5,767 bases of DNA, taken from NCBI GenBank assembly GCA_028700905.1, contig JAQVRT010000032.1, positions 1 through 5,767 of the forward strand. The letters run 5' to 3'. The position numbers and the translations under genes are program-made. Under the pieces are notes generated by a model. The model was not told where the DNA came from, made no database searches, and worked only from the letters and a program-made list of their open reading frames with translations. Source of the DNA: Candidatus Iainarchaeum sp. Its GTDB lineage: Archaea > Iainarchaeota > Iainarchaeia > Iainarchaeales > CSSED10-239. Within the stretch, counting starts at the first letter, position 1, and each line of letters starts with the position of its first letter. Shown in pieces: positions 4,310 through 5,767 of this stretch.

Positions 4310-5343
4310 TTATCAATAGTTTTTTGTTTATTTGAATTGTTTCTAGCTGTAATAAACTTATCTAAACTATTAACAACTCTTTCTTGAGAAAAATTAAACC
4401 TATCTATTAATATATTTTCAATTTTATTACGATCAAACTCAGATTTACTTATTTCTGGATTTTTTGAAATTAGTGGATTTAAAAATATATTTTCAATTTC
4501 TTTATAATCAAAATTAACTACTTTATTTTTTTCTTTTAAACTTTTTTCAATATCTTCAAAACTATTATTTTCTAAAACTAGTTTTAAAGCAGTCTTTGGT
4601 CCAACACCTTCAACTTTATCATTAAAATCTGTTCCAATAAGCATTGAAAGATAAATTAATTTTTCTCTTGAAAGATTTAGTTTTTCTAAAGTTTCTTTAA
4701 GATAAATAATTTCAGGATTAATATCTACATATATATTTTTAGAAGGTATTTTTTTCTTTCTTGAAACAGTTAAATTTCTAACAAGATTTGGAGAACCAAA
4801 TAACAAACAATCAAAATCTTGTGAAACTGTAAAATCTAATAAATTTTCTTTAGTCATATAAGAAATTTGAGCTTCAGCTTCAGAAGGGGCATCTATTATA
4901 GAAATACCCATTGCTTTTAATAAATCTTTTGATTCTTGAATAATTTTATCATCAATTGAGGTTATTCTTTTTGAAAATTTATTCATATCTTCAAGATCCC
5001 CTCTTAAAACAGCATCTTTAAAATGTTCTTTTGCAATTTCTTTTCTAGATCTTCTTTCATCTTGTGTTTTTTGTTTTAAATCTATACTTTTCCCATCATA
5101 TACAAAAAAAACATCAACATCATTAGATAAAATGTTAAGCATCCTATAAAAAAGACCATTTAAATGGCTTGTAATATCACCATTTTCGTTCTTTAAAGGT
5201 TCTCCATCAACACCTCTAATTGTAGTTAAGAACTGATAAAGAATATTATATGCATCAAAACCAAATTTTTTATGTTTATGAGTATGATTAAACTCAAATT
5301 TCTGTTTTGATTCTTCTATTAGTTTTCCAATTGCAACTCCCAT
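4300..5343 (-). CDS. fen: Flap endonuclease 1 (FEN1), 347 aa.
   Basis: N-domain FDAYNILYQFL and VYDGK. I-domain APSEAEAQ and SQDFDCLLFG. H3TH region GTDFN...VEGVGPKTALKLV. The terminal PIP box is QKTIDKWF. The acidic active-site residues are all present. Confidence 0.95.
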   Translation of the reverse strand: MGVAIGKLIEESKQKFEFNHTHKHKKFGFDAYNILYQFLTTIRGVDGEPLKNENGDITSHLNGLFYRMLNILSNDVDVFFVYDGKSIDLKQKTQDERRSRKEIAKEHFKDAVLRGDLEDMNKFSKRITSIDDKIIQESKDLLKAMGISIIDAPSEAEAQISYMTKENLLDFTVSQDFDCLLFGSPNLVRNLTVSRKKKIPSKNIYVDINPEIIYLKETLEKLNLSREKLIYLSMLIGTDFNDKVEGVGPKTALKLVLENNSFEDIEKSLKEKNKVVNFDYKEIENIFLNPLISKNPEISKSEFDRNKIENILIDRFNFSQERVVNSLDKFITARNNSNKQKTIDKWF

Positions 5344-5366
5344 ACTATATTATTAAATAGATAAAG

Positions 5367-5374
5367 TATATAAA
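5367..5374 (-). promoter_or_regulatory. TATA box candidate for FEN1 (TTTATATA, with purine-rich AAAGG just upstream). Implies a leaderless mRNA.
   Basis: The TATA spans -31 to -24 relative to the ATG at 5343. No SD is present upstream of the ATG. Confidence 0.4.
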
Positions 5375-5436
5375 CCTTTATCTGCATATAATATTTATAA
5401 TGATAAAGTTTTTTTTATCATTCTTTCTTAAAAAAA

Positions 5437-5508
5437 GCACTCGTAGTATAGTGGTTAGTATGTGAGCCTTCCAAGCTTAGGACTCGGGTTCGAATCCCGA
5501 CGAGTGCA
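5437..5508 (+). tRNA. tRNA-Gly(UCC): tRNA-Gly, anticodon UCC, 72 nt, no intron, CCA not encoded.
   Basis: Hand-folded cloverleaf: acceptor GCACUCG/CGAGUGC, D arm GUAU/GUAU (wobble pairs), anticodon stem UGAGC/GCUUA with loop CUUCCAA, T arm UCGGG-UUCGAAU-CCCGA, discriminator A. Confidence 0.93.
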
Positions 5509-5536
5509 CTTCAACTTTTCGCCAAGCTTGCAGGCG
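5509..5536 (+). repeat. Conserved 28-nt tRNA 3' trailer motif, copy B (CTTCAACTTTTCGCCAAGCTTGCAGGCG), immediately after tRNA-Gly.
   Basis: It is the inverted partner of 209-236 (25 of 28 identical, first 18 nt identical). It starts at the base after the discriminator. Confidence 0.85.
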
Positions 5537-5538
5537 TT

Positions 5539-5565
5539 GTTGACAAGCAAAGATGCTTAGTTAAC
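5539..5565 (+). other. Stable hairpin directly after trailer motif copy B.
   Basis: GTTGACAAGCA-AAGA-TGCTT(A)GTTAAC forms 11 bp (one G-U pair, one bulged A) with a 4-nt loop. It is unusually GC-containing for an intergenic region here. Confidence 0.5.
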
Positions 5566-5694
5566 AAGTATTATTTTATAATAATTAACAAGCATAAATT
5601 TAATTCTTTTTCTTCAACAAATATTTTTTATATCTAAAACAACTATTTATAAATATAATACTTTAGTAAATATTTATATAAAAGATGATTAAAT

Positions 5695-5767
5695 ATGGCT
5701 AAAAGAAATTATGCATCAGAATTAATTAAAAAAATTAATTCAGGAAATAAAAAACCAAAAGAACCTA
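5695..5767 (+). CDS. Partial CDS (N-terminal 24 codons, runs off the window): MAKRNYASELIKKINSGNKKPKEP... Unknown product.
   Basis: The ATG is preceded by SD-like AAGATGA (5682-5688) plus a 6-nt spacer, the same geometry as eL40 and eL41. The frame is open to the window end. It is too short to identify. Confidence 0.4.
   Translation, partial: MAKRNYASELIKKINSGNKKPKEP

Noticed and set aside
5401-5420. AT-only hairpins, for example TGATAAA/TTTATCA at 5401-5420, ATTAT/ATAAT near 5570-5582 and TTTCTT/AAGAAA at 3003-3022.
   Set aside because: Short A/T palindromes are expected by chance at this base composition. They have no conserved partner or positional logic.
237-5508. tRNA introns, split or permuted tRNA genes.
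   Set aside because: All three tRNAs fold as contiguous canonical cloverleaves of 72-74 nt with intact 7-nt anticodon loops.
5509-5600. A C/D box sRNA co-transcribed with the tRNAs.
   Set aside because: There is no RUGAUGA C box or CUGA D box in either trailer. GTTGTTGA is not an acceptable C box.

Overview
This is a strongly AT-rich archaeal locus. The evidence for archaeal origin is FEN1, eL40, eL41 and an archaeal-type 16S. The divergent 16S and an apparently unlinked rRNA gene suggest a small-genome DPANN-like lineage, but that is only an inference. Features from left to right: (1) An interspaced perfect 32-nt repeat lies at the window edge (1-89). It is either the end of a CRISPR array or the start of a minus-strand Cys-rich repeat peptide gene (ATG at 114). 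(2) tRNA-Ala(UGC) on the minus strand. (3) A complete, intron-free 16S rRNA on the minus strand (570-2064), with a candidate processing helix, a promoter-like box and a hairpin/oligo-U terminator. No 23S follows it. (4) A HIT-family hydrolase gene with a non-canonical triad. (5) A 43-codon eL41-like ORF that is missing from the ORF track. (6) tRNA-Glu(UUC). (7) eL40 on the plus strand, also missing from the track. (8) A 279-aa uncharacterised lysine-rich protein directly downstream of FEN1. (9) FEN1 flap endonuclease with a C-terminal PIP box. (10) tRNA-Gly(UCC) on the plus strand. (11) The start of an unknown ORF. The most unusual signals are the edge repeat and a 28-nt GC-containing motif that follows both tRNA-Ala and tRNA-Gly in inverted orientation, bracketing about 5.3 kb. 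Other signals are duplicated 14-15-nt regulatory-looking boxes and a tRNA-then-SD-ORF arrangement seen three times. The four track ORFs that overlap RNA genes are spurious.
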